Positions 41,430 to 50,958 of a stretch of 64,000 nt of DNA are shown here, in pieces. Position 1 is the first letter of the stretch. Each line of letters begins with the position of its first letter. Source of the DNA: an uncultured Granulosicoccaceae bacterium (lineage in GTDB: Bacteria > Pseudomonadota > Gammaproteobacteria > AKS1); assembly GCA_964542925.1 (NCBI GenBank), contig CAZIWG010000003.1, forward strand, positions 10,763-74,762, in the 5' to 3' direction. Position numbers and translations under genes: made by a program. The notes under the pieces are model-generated. The model was not told where the DNA came from. It was given only the letters and a program-made list of their open reading frames with translations, and made no database searches.

Positions 41430-42900
41430 AATTCTTGTACATCCCTGTATTATTTTCTTTTAAATAATTAATTGCTATCTGATGCATAACCCAAGTCAGC
41501 CCTGCAACTAACCACCACCCTTTTAATGGAAAATGAAAAACATCTACCTGTAATCCATAAACAATTACTGCCAACATAGTTATCTGCACCGAAACCATAA
41601 ACCAATACATTTCATGTGTATTTTCTCCCTCCTTAAATACTTGTGCAGCCTTATAACTATACGACAATATTAGCAGAATAAATGCCATATAAAAAAGCCA
41701 ACCAAATATACCGACCTCAATAAATGTCTGGAGATAGTCATTATGTACCGAGGTTTTAACTCCACCAATATCTTTAGTGATATATTTTGGAATCGTCAAT
41801 TCATCGCCAGTACCAATACCGGTAAAAAAATTATCTCCAGCTACTTCCAAACCCACTTTCCAATACTCTAAGCGAATCTGCAAAGTACTTGAACGTTCCA
41901 AGCTATAATTTGAAGGGTCAAGAATTCGCTCATACACTGAAGACGGCATAAAAGGTAATATCATAAGCGAGACACTGAGCATGATCATAAGAACTTTAGG
42001 TGACATATGATACAAGCGCCGGTGTGCTGCATATATCAAGACTAAGCCAGCCAATATAATTGCTGCGCGTGTATTCGCAAGAAAAATGTTATACAAAATA
42101 ATCAACAGCCCACTAAAAATTAAATAACGTCCTATTTTTGATCTTTCAAAGCGTAAAAAAAATAGCATAAAAGGGAGCGTCATTATAAGATTAATTCCAT
42201 ACACTGCGGCATGAGATGTGGGCCCAATAGCTCGCTTAACATCACTTAGTGCGGCCCATTCAGCATTATCAGAATGTACGGTGCTAAACCTGGAATCGCT
42301 AATACCAATCTGTGAATCAGAAAGCGAACTGCCACCAAAGTGCCAATCATAAATGGTATAAGTGCCTATCAACACAGATGATAGCAACCAAATAGCAACA
42401 GCCGTTTTAGCTGTTTTCCAATTATTGACAATATTTATTACTAAAAAAAAGAATACTATATTACCGAGAATGGCGGCGCTTCCTTGTAGCCCACCGTGTT
42501 CATCAATAGCATAAAACATCGTCAGGACTGTCACTCCCCAATACAAAGTGTATAAAGAAAATGCAACACCAAACCTCAGTTGATGTTTCTTTATAGCCGC
42601 ATGAAGCAATAAACTTCCCAACGCCATAACGCCGATAATTCTCATTAGAGAAATAGTATAATCACTAGTGTCTTCGGTTAAACGACCTATTCGTTCCATT
42701 GGAATCACGGCAGCTGTCATTAAAAAACCCAGCATAGGTGAACGCAAAATAAGTATCGCTATAACAACACCAGCGGCCAGTACTAAGGTTGCAAGAGGAG
42801 AAGTACTGCTCGCAATAAATGCAATTAATGCTCCACCACCAATACCTACCGCCAGAATAATGAGGACTTGCTGAGTACGGGGTAAATTAAGGGCGTACAT
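41407..42900 (-). CDS. O-antigen ligase/polymerase-like membrane protein (Wzy family)
   Basis: About 12 TM protein with the Wzy_C-like block IFLANTRAAIILAGLVLIYAAHRR and a large loop. Start ambiguous (42900 or 42933). Confidence 0.75.
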   Translation of the reverse strand: MYALNLPRTQQVLIILAVGIGGGALIAFIASSTSPLATLVLAAGVVIAILILRSPMLGFLMTAAVIPMERIGRLTEDTSDYTISLMRIIGVMALGSLLLHAAIKKHQLRFGVAFSLYTLYWGVTVLTMFYAIDEHGGLQGSAAILGNIVFFFLVINIVNNWKTAKTAVAIWLLSSVLIGTYTIYDWHFGGSSLSDSQIGISDSRFSTVHSDNAEWAALSDVKRAIGPTSHAAVYGINLIMTLPFMLFFLRFERSKIGRYLIFSGLLIILYNIFLANTRAAIILAGLVLIYAAHRRLYHMSPKVLMIMLSVSLMILPFMPSSVYERILDPSNYSLERSSTLQIRLEYWKVGLEVAGDNFFTGIGTGDELTIPKYITKDIGGVKTSVHNDYLQTFIEVGIFGWLFYMAFILLILSYSYKAAQVFKEGENTHEMYWFMVSVQITMLAVIVYGLQVDVFHFPLKGWWLVAGLTWVMHQIAINYLKENNTGMYKNYAHIRTK

Positions 42901-45900
42901 TCTTAAAGACCCCCCCACCTTCCGTGCCCGCATAAACTATGTTTGAATCAATTTCATCTATCTCAATACTAGTAATATTTTTATTAAACAAACCTGTATT
43001 TAATACAGACCAGTTGTCTCCACCATCTTCAGAAATAAAAACACCACCAAGCGAGGTTCCGGCGTATATGGTGTTAGGAACAATAGGATTAACTGCCATA
43101 GTAAGTACAAACAGATTACTCAAACCATTATTCTTTTGCTGCCATGTGACACCACCATCGACACTCTTCAACACACCTAATCCACCACTACCTATATAGA
43201 CGATGTTTGAATTAGTTGGATCGTACTTAGCTACCAGTGAAAAAGGCCTTATGAGTGATTTATTTATGGCCGTCGACCAGCTTTGACCACTATCTGTTGT
43301 CGTAACAATTCCGCTACCAAGGCTTCCTGCTAAAACAGTATTTGCCTGCGTACCTGCAATTAAATTTCTTATAGGTGAAATCCCGACACTAATTGATGTA
43401 GGTAACCATGTCTGTGCCGCATCCGTGCTCTTATAGACCTCACCTGTACTCGTACCAGCATATATAATATTACTGTTTCCAGTATCAATAAGCATACTGG
43501 CTACCGCTGTCCCTGTACCGATACCAGAATTTACAGCTTGCCATGTCATTGCATTATCAGTTGACTTAAAAATACCATTTTCAGTAACCGCATAAAGTCT
43601 ACCAACAATACCTGCATCAACAACAACCCGATTAACAAAAGACGATGTAAGTCCATTGCTGAATGCTTCCCAGGAGAGATTAGTTGTATTTAGACGGTAA
43701 ACACCAGGATTACTAGTGACCGAATCAAATACGCTAGCAAATACATTATTGTTATTATCAATCGTAACCGATGTTACAACGAGACTAGCCAGTCCACTGT
43801 TTATCTGTCCCCAATTAACGCCATTGTCTGTACTTCGATATATACCTGAACCATCTGTCACAACAAAAATATCACCATTAGTTACATTAATTGTAATATC
43901 GGTAAATTGATGACCAAACGTACCTGCTTTCAATATTTCTACCCAGCTATTACCATCATCAGTACTTTTATAAAGCGTGCTGTCCTCAAGCCCCAAGAAC
44001 AAATTCTTGCTAACAGGATCCATGGCAAGTGATATTGCATTCGCTGCTGGCAGCTCTGCTGAACGGCTAACCCAAGTCATTCCAGAATCAGTGCTTTTTA
44101 GAATACCTGTGCCAGCTTCAGCGCCAAGGTAAAGGATATCCGCATTTGTTGGATCAGTAATTAACGAGTGAACATAGGCTGTTTGTTGGCCGGGTAAAGA
44201 CCAGTTCACGCCTTTATCTGTGCTTCGCATTATGCCGGAAGAGGTCGAAACAATAACATTGGATGGATTTGTTATAGAAACCTCAAGGTCAAAAATTTCA
44301 CCACCGTTAGTACTAGCCACATGTTCCCAGTTATCACCTCCATCCTGTGTACGAAATACTCCATTTGCCAGTGAACCTACATACATATTAAATGGATTTA
44401 TTCGATCGACACCCAGACCACGAACAAACAACGTCATACCATTGCTACTACTGCCCCAACTAGTTCCTGAATCAATAGTTTTGTATATGCCTTTCTTATC
44501 TGTACCTGCATACAATATCTGTGTATTCCCAGGGTTCAGTGCTATAGCCGTATTTCCATTTGTTGGAACGCTAACACTATTTGGTAACCAACTATTTCCA
44601 CCATCTGTGCTTTTATAAACACCATTTAATTCAACTGAAGCATAAATAACCTGACTATTGGTATTATCTATACTCAAGCTAAGTACATTAGCATCAGGCA
44701 AACCGGTTGAGTTCGATAGCCAATTGGCGGCACCATCAGTAGTTTTGTAAACAACACCTACCCCACCAGCGTAGACAGTATCTGGCATCGATGGATCAAG
44801 TGTAACTGCAAAAATATAGCCATTATCAATACCCGAAGATGACTTTTGCCATTCTATAGCTCCCGAGACGCTTTTATAAACACCACCTCCAGCTGTCCCT
44901 AAATACATAATCCACGGTAATGATGGATTCAAGTCAACAGCTAGAACAGGCTCCGCTACACCCGTGTTGGCAGCAAACCATTCAACCCCGCTATTATTGG
45001 AAACATACAGCCCTCCCCCTGAAGTAACTGCATAATGATTACCCCAAGGCGCAATTTTAAGTGCTGAGACATTTTCATCCGGTAATGATTCTGACAACAG
45101 GTATACCGTATTGCCACCATCAATGGTGGTATATATTTGGCCACCGGCAGCACCAAAATAAGCTACTTTATTGAGTACCGGATCCGGAGCAACACTGAAA
45201 ACAAGTTGAGGCAATCCTGCTACTGTACCCTTTACCCAGCTATCACCATCATCTTGGCTGACAAATAGCCCCGAACTTGTGCCTGCATATAAAGTCCTAG
45301 GTAACGTTGTTGACTGCTCAATAGAAAATATTCTATTAGGAACCAGCCCATTAGTTTTTTGCAACCAAGTCGCTCCCCAGTCTATACTTTTCCATACGCC
45401 TGTCTTCTCTGCACCAGCAAATAATGTACCAATATCAGATGGATGGGTTTCAAGAGAAAATATGGAATCATTCAGGTTATCATCCTCAACCCAAACCTGT
45501 TGACCTGTTCCAGTTGCGAAAAAATCTGATGTATATTCGACACCTGAATCGGCACCCGCATACAGAACTGAAGTGTTTCCTACAGGCATACTTGTTAATG
45601 CACCAACAAACATATTCTGCAGACCATCGTTAGCGGGAAACCAGGTCGCCCCATTATCTATCGTCGCAAAAATAGTACCACTAGTTATCGCTGCATGAAA
45701 AATACTTGCCGATTCATCGATGAGCAGTCGTCTCGTTGGCGCATCTAACCACTTAATCCAACTATTAAAACCCTCTGCTGTCTGGCTTCGAAATATTCCA
45801 ACATCTGTTGCTGCAAACAATTCACCCGTAACAGGTTGTTGAACAACTTCATAGTAAACTGCATCAGGAATATCGTAACTGATATCATCCCAAGTATCTG

Positions 45901-46627
45901 TAGCAATATTGAGAAGATAATATCCATCACTCATCGTGGCATAAAGCTTGAAACCATTGCTGTTATAACTATTAAAACGGGTGACTTCACCTATGCCCAA
46001 CCCTGCATCGTATACTTGCCAAGTGACTCCACTATCCGTACTCCTAAATACCTTTTCTGTTGGTGTTGCTGCATAAACAGTGCCAGGCTGTCCGGGATGA
46101 AATGCAAAATCATGCACGCCAAACTGAATACCGATACCAGCCACTGCCCAACTATTGCCAGCATCTGTACTGCGATAAATTATTCCTGTGGTAGCTGCTA
46201 AAAGATTATTCTCGTTAAATGGATCAATCGAAATAACACTAATATTCAGATCGCTAAGACCTATGTTGGCAGTATTCCAGGAAATCCCATGATCTGTCGA
46301 CTTGTATATCCCCTCACCAAATGTTGCTACATATATTGTATCTGGGTTAGCTACACCTATTGAAATATCAAACACAGCCGCTTCAGAAAATGGTCCATTA
46401 ATATGAGCCCACGAAACGCCATAGTCGATACTTTTGTAGATGCCACCAAAATATGTTCCAAGAAACATTTCACCTGCAACAGTTGGATGCCTAATAGATG
46501 AAAAAACTGTGCCTCCATTTGGACCATAAGGTTCCCAAGGTGAATCAGTTACCGCAGAAAGACCTTGTGAAAAAAACAACAGCACCAGAGTGAAATATAT
46601 TTTTATTTGAATCATTTGGTGTGTCAT
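42887..46627 (-). CDS. Giant secreted BNR/Asp-box repeat protein (about 27 predicted beta-propeller blades)
   Basis: Signal peptide MTHQMIQIKIYFTLVLLFFSQGLSA|V. AGGGAG RBS upstream of the ATG at 46627. About 21 good S/T-x-D-x-G-x-(T/S)-W Asp boxes (e.g. STDSGVTW, STDGGNSW, SVDGGVTW, SEDGGDNW) plus about 6 degenerate ones, spaced about 45 aa apart and embedded in ...IYAGT..GG[VI][YF]KS.D.G..W... Confidence 0.85.
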   Translation of the reverse strand: MTHQMIQIKIYFTLVLLFFSQGLSAVTDSPWEPYGPNGGTVFSSIRHPTVAGEMFLGTYFGGIYKSIDYGVSWAHINGPFSEAAVFDISIGVANPDTIYVATFGEGIYKSTDHGISWNTANIGLSDLNISVISIDPFNENNLLAATTGIIYRSTDAGNSWAVAGIGIQFGVHDFAFHPGQPGTVYAATPTEKVFRSTDSGVTWQVYDAGLGIGEVTRFNSYNSNGFKLYATMSDGYYLLNIATDTWDDISYDIPDAVYYEVVQQPVTGELFAATDVGIFRSQTAEGFNSWIKWLDAPTRRLLIDESASIFHAAITSGTIFATIDNGATWFPANDGLQNMFVGALTSMPVGNTSVLYAGADSGVEYTSDFFATGTGQQVWVEDDNLNDSIFSLETHPSDIGTLFAGAEKTGVWKSIDWGATWLQKTNGLVPNRIFSIEQSTTLPRTLYAGTSSGLFVSQDDGDSWVKGTVAGLPQLVFSVAPDPVLNKVAYFGAAGGQIYTTIDGGNTVYLLSESLPDENVSALKIAPWGNHYAVTSGGGLYVSNNSGVEWFAANTGVAEPVLAVDLNPSLPWIMYLGTAGGGVYKSVSGAIEWQKSSSGIDNGYIFAVTLDPSMPDTVYAGGVGVVYKTTDGAANWLSNSTGLPDANVLSLSIDNTNSQVIYASVELNGVYKSTDGGNSWLPNSVSVPTNGNTAIALNPGNTQILYAGTDKKGIYKTIDSGTSWGSSSNGMTLFVRGLGVDRINPFNMYVGSLANGVFRTQDGGDNWEHVASTNGGEIFDLEVSITNPSNVIVSTSSGIMRSTDKGVNWSLPGQQTAYVHSLITDPTNADILYLGAEAGTGILKSTDSGMTWVSRSAELPAANAISLAMDPVSKNLFLGLEDSTLYKSTDDGNSWVEILKAGTFGHQFTDITINVTNGDIFVVTDGSGIYRSTDNGVNWGQINSGLASLVVTSVTIDNNNNVFASVFDSVTSNPGVYRLNTTNLSWEAFSNGLTSSFVNRVVVDAGIVGRLYAVTENGIFKSTDNAMTWQAVNSGIGTGTAVASMLIDTGNSNIIYAGTSTGEVYKSTDAAQTWLPTSISVGISPIRNLIAGTQANTVLAGSLGSGIVTTTDSGQSWSTAINKSLIRPFSLVAKYDPTNSNIVYIGSGGLGVLKSVDGGVTWQQKNNGLSNLFVLTMAVNPIVPNTIYAGTSLGGVFISEDGGDNWSVLNTGLFNKNITSIEIDEIDSNIVYAGTEGGGVFKNVRP

Positions 46628-46664
46628 TATAAATCTCCCTTTAGATATTACTTCATCAATAATT

Positions 46665-48134
46665 TTACTTATCAATACGAAACTCACCAATATAATTCAA
46701 ACCCTCGATAGATGTAATATCTCGAGGTTTTCTAACAAGGTTACCAAAATACTCCAATATAATAGCGAGACCTATTCCTAACAAAAGCCCTAGTGGTATT
46801 GAAATCCCAATAATAAGAAGCTTTCTAGGATAAACAGGTTCGGCTACCACGTAAGGTTTCTCCAAAATTGTTATATTCGAAACTCTCCTCAGATCCATTT
46901 CATCTGAAATTCGTGCTTCTTCTCGACGCTTTTCGTATATAAAATAACTTTCTTCAGCAACTTTGTGCTCACGATTAACAGAGGATAATTTCTCATCAGC
47001 ATGGTTTAAACTATCTAATTTTATTTTTAACGATGACGCTTGAGTTCTGAGCCTGTTGATTTTCGTATTAAGTGTACGTAACAATACGTTTTCGAGAGCA
47101 ACAATTTCTTTATCAAGATTCAAGATAGGCTTGGAATCTAATTTGTAGCTCCGAATAAGCTTAATCCGTTCCAATCTTAATATTGTAATACGTTTTTTTA
47201 TTGTTTCAATCGATAAAACTGTTGATGTAGATGCAGCGACAGGATCTCCCATCTCACTCTTGTCATCGAATTTTACGGGGTCTTCAGAATCACTAATATT
47301 CAACAACTTTATTTCGTTCTTAAGGTTTTGTATTTCACTATACAACTTGTGCAACCTCTTCAGCACAATTGTACTTTCATCCTTAACGGAACTAACATTA
47401 AGATTGCTTTTTAAAGATTCCCTGTCTTCCTCAATAGCATTAAGACTATCGCGATATTTTTCAGCTTGTGTGTCAAAAAAGTTTTTAATATCTGGATTGC
47501 GTCTAACTTCTATGTGTTTTTGTAGATAACGTGACAAATACTTTTCAATAATAATAACTGCCATCGACGGATCAGGCGACCTCAGACTAATATTAATTAC
47601 ATCTGAACGCTTTGCTCTGTCAATGACTATCACTCTTTGCAAAGACCTGATTAATTTATCTTTATTCGATATTTCTTTTTTAAGATTCAAAGCTATTAGT
47701 AAATTAACGATCTGTTCTTTACCCCAATGAGCAATTTTTTTTGTGTGATATTTTATTAACTTGAATATACCTTCAGGCTTCGCTGGCTCAGATAAGAGCA
47801 CATCTACTCCAATTTCATCAACCACATAGTTTATTAATTCTCTGGAACGAAGTAATTGAATTTCTGAATTGATATCTTCTTCACGAACGCCTGTTGTATA
47901 AACACTCGATATCTGAAGTGCATCAGGCACTTCTGTGTTCTCACGTCCAAGCTTAACCAATAGGCTAGACTGTGCTTCATACAGTTCTGTCATCAATTGA
48001 AGGCTGACATAAGCACTTAAGATGGTGATGACCATCACAACAATGATCATCTTCCTATAGAACATCAACACATGAAAAAGGTCTTCCCAGGTCTCAGTAT
48101 GTTGTTTTAGTTCATCGATATTTAAAAAACTCAT
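46665..48134 (-). CDS. Polysaccharide chain-length determinant (Wzz/PCP family, kinase-less)
   Basis: 489 aa. N-terminal TM with Wzz block (YRKMIIVVMVITILSAYVSLQLMTELYEAQSSLLV), long coiled-coil periplasmic region, and C-terminal TM (LLIIGISIPLGLLLGIGLAIILEYF). Confidence 0.82.
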   Translation of the reverse strand: MSFLNIDELKQHTETWEDLFHVLMFYRKMIIVVMVITILSAYVSLQLMTELYEAQSSLLVKLGRENTEVPDALQISSVYTTGVREEDINSEIQLLRSRELINYVVDEIGVDVLLSEPAKPEGIFKLIKYHTKKIAHWGKEQIVNLLIALNLKKEISNKDKLIRSLQRVIVIDRAKRSDVINISLRSPDPSMAVIIIEKYLSRYLQKHIEVRRNPDIKNFFDTQAEKYRDSLNAIEEDRESLKSNLNVSSVKDESTIVLKRLHKLYSEIQNLKNEIKLLNISDSEDPVKFDDKSEMGDPVAASTSTVLSIETIKKRITILRLERIKLIRSYKLDSKPILNLDKEIVALENVLLRTLNTKINRLRTQASSLKIKLDSLNHADEKLSSVNREHKVAEESYFIYEKRREEARISDEMDLRRVSNITILEKPYVVAEPVYPRKLLIIGISIPLGLLLGIGLAIILEYFGNLVRKPRDITSIEGLNYIGEFRIDK

Positions 48135-48351
48135 ATTTACGACTTCCCTTCCCGCTTTAATACTATTATCGATCTATTGAAAAATATCCCGAATAAGTTA
48201 GATATGGTTCAATAAATGCTTAGCGCCCCCTTTACTGACACTACAATATTAAACGCTTTTAAGCTCTGACACCATCTATAATTTTCATTTAAGCCTATGT
48301 TTTTAATGTATTTTTATCAAAATCAAACATACACTTAAATATTGTCTGGTA

Positions 48352-49674
48352 TTACGGTAACTCACGAGGCGTAGCAACATCTGTGTCAAATGCAGAATCC
48401 CACTTCATCCCCTCCTCGGTAATTGGGGTGGTGACTCTCGTATAAGGCAATACCACTATCTGAACAATGACTGCTTTGACAAGTCTTGAAATCCCACCGA
48501 CCCAAGCCGCACCCACAGCACCGTATTCTGGTATATATTTCATATACAGCAACAGCAGGATAGGAAAAGTGATTAAATCAAGCCACAAAATAAAACGGGG
48601 CTTAACAAACATAATAAACGAAACAGTCGCAGGGAAAATAGCCATACTAGCCAACGTTCCCATAAATAAACCTAACATTACATCCATCGAAGCCATAAAA
48701 GAAGGTGGCAACAATAATGGAGCGATAAACTGTAGTGCAAACAACAATACAAGGTAACCACTAATAGCTGTTAACCATAAAATACTCTGAATTTTTTTAT
48801 AAAACAGAAAAAAATCACCTGCCACATATAAAGGCATAATCTTAGGGCTAATAATAATCGCTAGATATATACCAAAGAGTTCTGGAATCATCGCATAAAC
48901 ATAACCACCAGCAAAAATACCTACGTCAGTAAGATTTCTAAGACCCGTTAATAAGAAAATATCCATCCTGCTTATCGCCGCAGCAATCATGAATGTAATC
49001 AAGTACCATTTTATGTAGCCAAATAATTCTCCAAATACACTTAGCTGCCCTGCAAATGAGCCGAGAAGCTGTTTGTGATTCAATGCAAGTCCAATCACAA
49101 AAGCCACGCCAGGTCCAAATACAAAAAACAATAATATATTTTCAGGCGTTACTTTAGAAAGCAATATTAATGATGCAATTCCTCCATATTTAATAGCAAT
49201 ATGAATAAAATCTAACTTTCCATACATTAGGAATTTTTCATCTACCTGCAGGTGGACAAGTACGCTTCGGAACATCAGAACGAAAATAGCCGCGACAAAA
49301 GTAATAAAAAATGCATCCATATATTTGACACTATCGAAAAGAAACAGATTTATAGCATTGGCATAAAATATAACTATGCTGAATACCAATAGTGACAAAA
49401 ACAACTTAAACGAGAGTGCTGCTTTCTCGATATTGATGGAACGTATATGGTTCGTTGAACGATAAAGTGGTGATAGGCGCAATACACCCATATCAATAGC
49501 AGATCCGATAATAGCATCTGTCAGTAATATGGCTGATACACACAAGGTATACACACCAAATTCTTCAATACTTAGATAACGAAGAAGAACTATATTAAAT
49601 AACAAGGTTAGAGAACCGGCTAACACCTTAGGCAATGCTATATAAGCAAAGTCAATAAACCCTTTTTTCAACAT
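48352..49674 (-). CDS. Polysaccharide flippase (Wzx, MOP superfamily)
   Basis: 440 aa, about 12 TM. The N-terminus LPKVLAGSLTLLFNIVLLRYLSIEEFGVY is typical of Wzx/polysaccharide biosynthesis proteins. Confidence 0.8.
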   Translation of the reverse strand: MLKKGFIDFAYIALPKVLAGSLTLLFNIVLLRYLSIEEFGVYTLCVSAILLTDAIIGSAIDMGVLRLSPLYRSTNHIRSINIEKAALSFKLFLSLLVFSIVIFYANAINLFLFDSVKYMDAFFITFVAAIFVLMFRSVLVHLQVDEKFLMYGKLDFIHIAIKYGGIASLILLSKVTPENILLFFVFGPGVAFVIGLALNHKQLLGSFAGQLSVFGELFGYIKWYLITFMIAAAISRMDIFLLTGLRNLTDVGIFAGGYVYAMIPELFGIYLAIIISPKIMPLYVAGDFFLFYKKIQSILWLTAISGYLVLLFALQFIAPLLLPPSFMASMDVMLGLFMGTLASMAIFPATVSFIMFVKPRFILWLDLITFPILLLLYMKYIPEYGAVGAAWVGGISRLVKAVIVQIVVLPYTRVTTPITEEGMKWDSAFDTDVATPRELP

Positions 49675-49753
49675 ATCGCATCCCTACATGGTGACGTTGT
49701 ATATTTATTTAACCATGCATGGTCAAGAAACCGTACAATTCATACACCCAGTT

Positions 49754-50572
49754 TTAATTAGAGTTAGTGTTAAACTTAGTTTCTGAATGTAACTGGTATG
49801 TAAATGACAATCCCAAGTTACGATATATTGGCACAATATTATTGAAGTACTGCTTAAAGAAATCGGATATCTTGCCTATTTCAGTTTGAGGCACATAAAC
49901 AATATCAAATGGTTCAAGAAATATATCTGTAGCCGGATTCATCTTAAAAATACCATCTTGATTACAGCCATCACAGGAATTACTAGATGCATTGACTGCT
50001 ACTAAACCGACATGATCACGCAGGTTAAGTGTAATAAATTGGGGAGTACTGGTTCCACTATTACGAAGAATCACTATATTTCTTCGTTCTGCATCATGAT
50101 CAAAACCACCGGCTTGCAAAATAGCCTGAAGAGCTGTCATGTTACCACTAATTATCAGCGCACCAGGTTTACTAACTTCTCCACCAATATAGACTTTCTG
50201 CTCTGAAAAACTTCGAACAATAACTGCGACCTCGGGACGACGTAATATTCCTACATATTTTTTTACTAATACTTTACGAAGTTTACCTGGTACTAATCCT
50301 ACTGCATGCACCTCACCAATCAATTGTAATGAGATTTTTCCATCTGGTCGTATAACAACTGATTCATTTAATTCCTTGTTATAAAAAAACTTAATATCAA
50401 TTTTATCTCCTACCTGCAAATAATAGGGATGAATAATTGGCTGAGCAGACAACTTTACAGATTCATTAACATATTTTCTCGAATCAGGTGCAGTATTAAG
50501 CGGAACAGTATGCTGCATACAGCCGATAAGCAGCATAGATGTAATAACTAAAAGTATGATACGTATTTTCAT
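49754..50572 (-). CDS. Polysaccharide export protein (OPX/Wza-like, Poly_export + SLBB), lipoprotein
   Basis: Lipobox LLIGC. YYLQVGDKIDIKFF...IRPDGKISLQLIGEVHAVGL...(Poly_export) followed by the SLBB-like VYIGGEVSKPGALII. Confidence 0.85.
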   Translation of the reverse strand: MKIRIILLVITSMLLIGCMQHTVPLNTAPDSRKYVNESVKLSAQPIIHPYYLQVGDKIDIKFFYNKELNESVVIRPDGKISLQLIGEVHAVGLVPGKLRKVLVKKYVGILRRPEVAVIVRSFSEQKVYIGGEVSKPGALIISGNMTALQAILQAGGFDHDAERRNIVILRNSGTSTPQFITLNLRDHVGLVAVNASSNSCDGCNQDGIFKMNPATDIFLEPFDIVYVPQTEIGKISDFFKQYFNNIVPIYRNLGLSFTYQLHSETKFNTNSN

Positions 50573-50958
50573 ATCAGTTAAATTATCCGTATTAAACCTG
50601 ATGTTTAGAATTCATTCCGCCAACACCATTTTGTTATAAATCACAAAATATCTTCCCCGACAAATACCCGTTCGGAAAAAAGTGCCTCTTAACATATGTG
50701 AACTTACACAAGAAGATTAGACCTTCCCCCAAGATGTTTAAGGATATATTAGTAAAACCTTAAAATCAATCTAATAATCTAACATAACAAATTGTTTTTA
50801 TAGATTATTTCCTTAGAACAGCAATTTGGTAACTAACGCTAAATAATCCATTTTCGGAACCTAAATTGGTTTATTATGTCTGAGCAATATAGATACTAAA
50901 ATGCAACAATAAGTCTATACATTCCAGGAAAATACAAAAACAAAGGATTGATACAGAT

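Noticed and set aside
42887-46627. Calling the BNR-repeat giant a sialidase/neuraminidase.
   Set aside because: Asp boxes alone are not diagnostic. I could not find a convincing FRIP (x-R-x-P) motif or the arginine-triad context, and 27 blades far exceeds the single six-bladed sialidase propeller.
50851-50870. Sigma-54-like promoter (cGGAACCtaaatTGGttt) upstream of the GH gene, considered because a sigma-54 activator lies at the window end.
   Set aside because: The -12 element reads TTGG instead of TTGC, and the -24 element is GGAACC rather than TGGCAC. The activator gene is 12 kb away and outside the island. Too weak to call.
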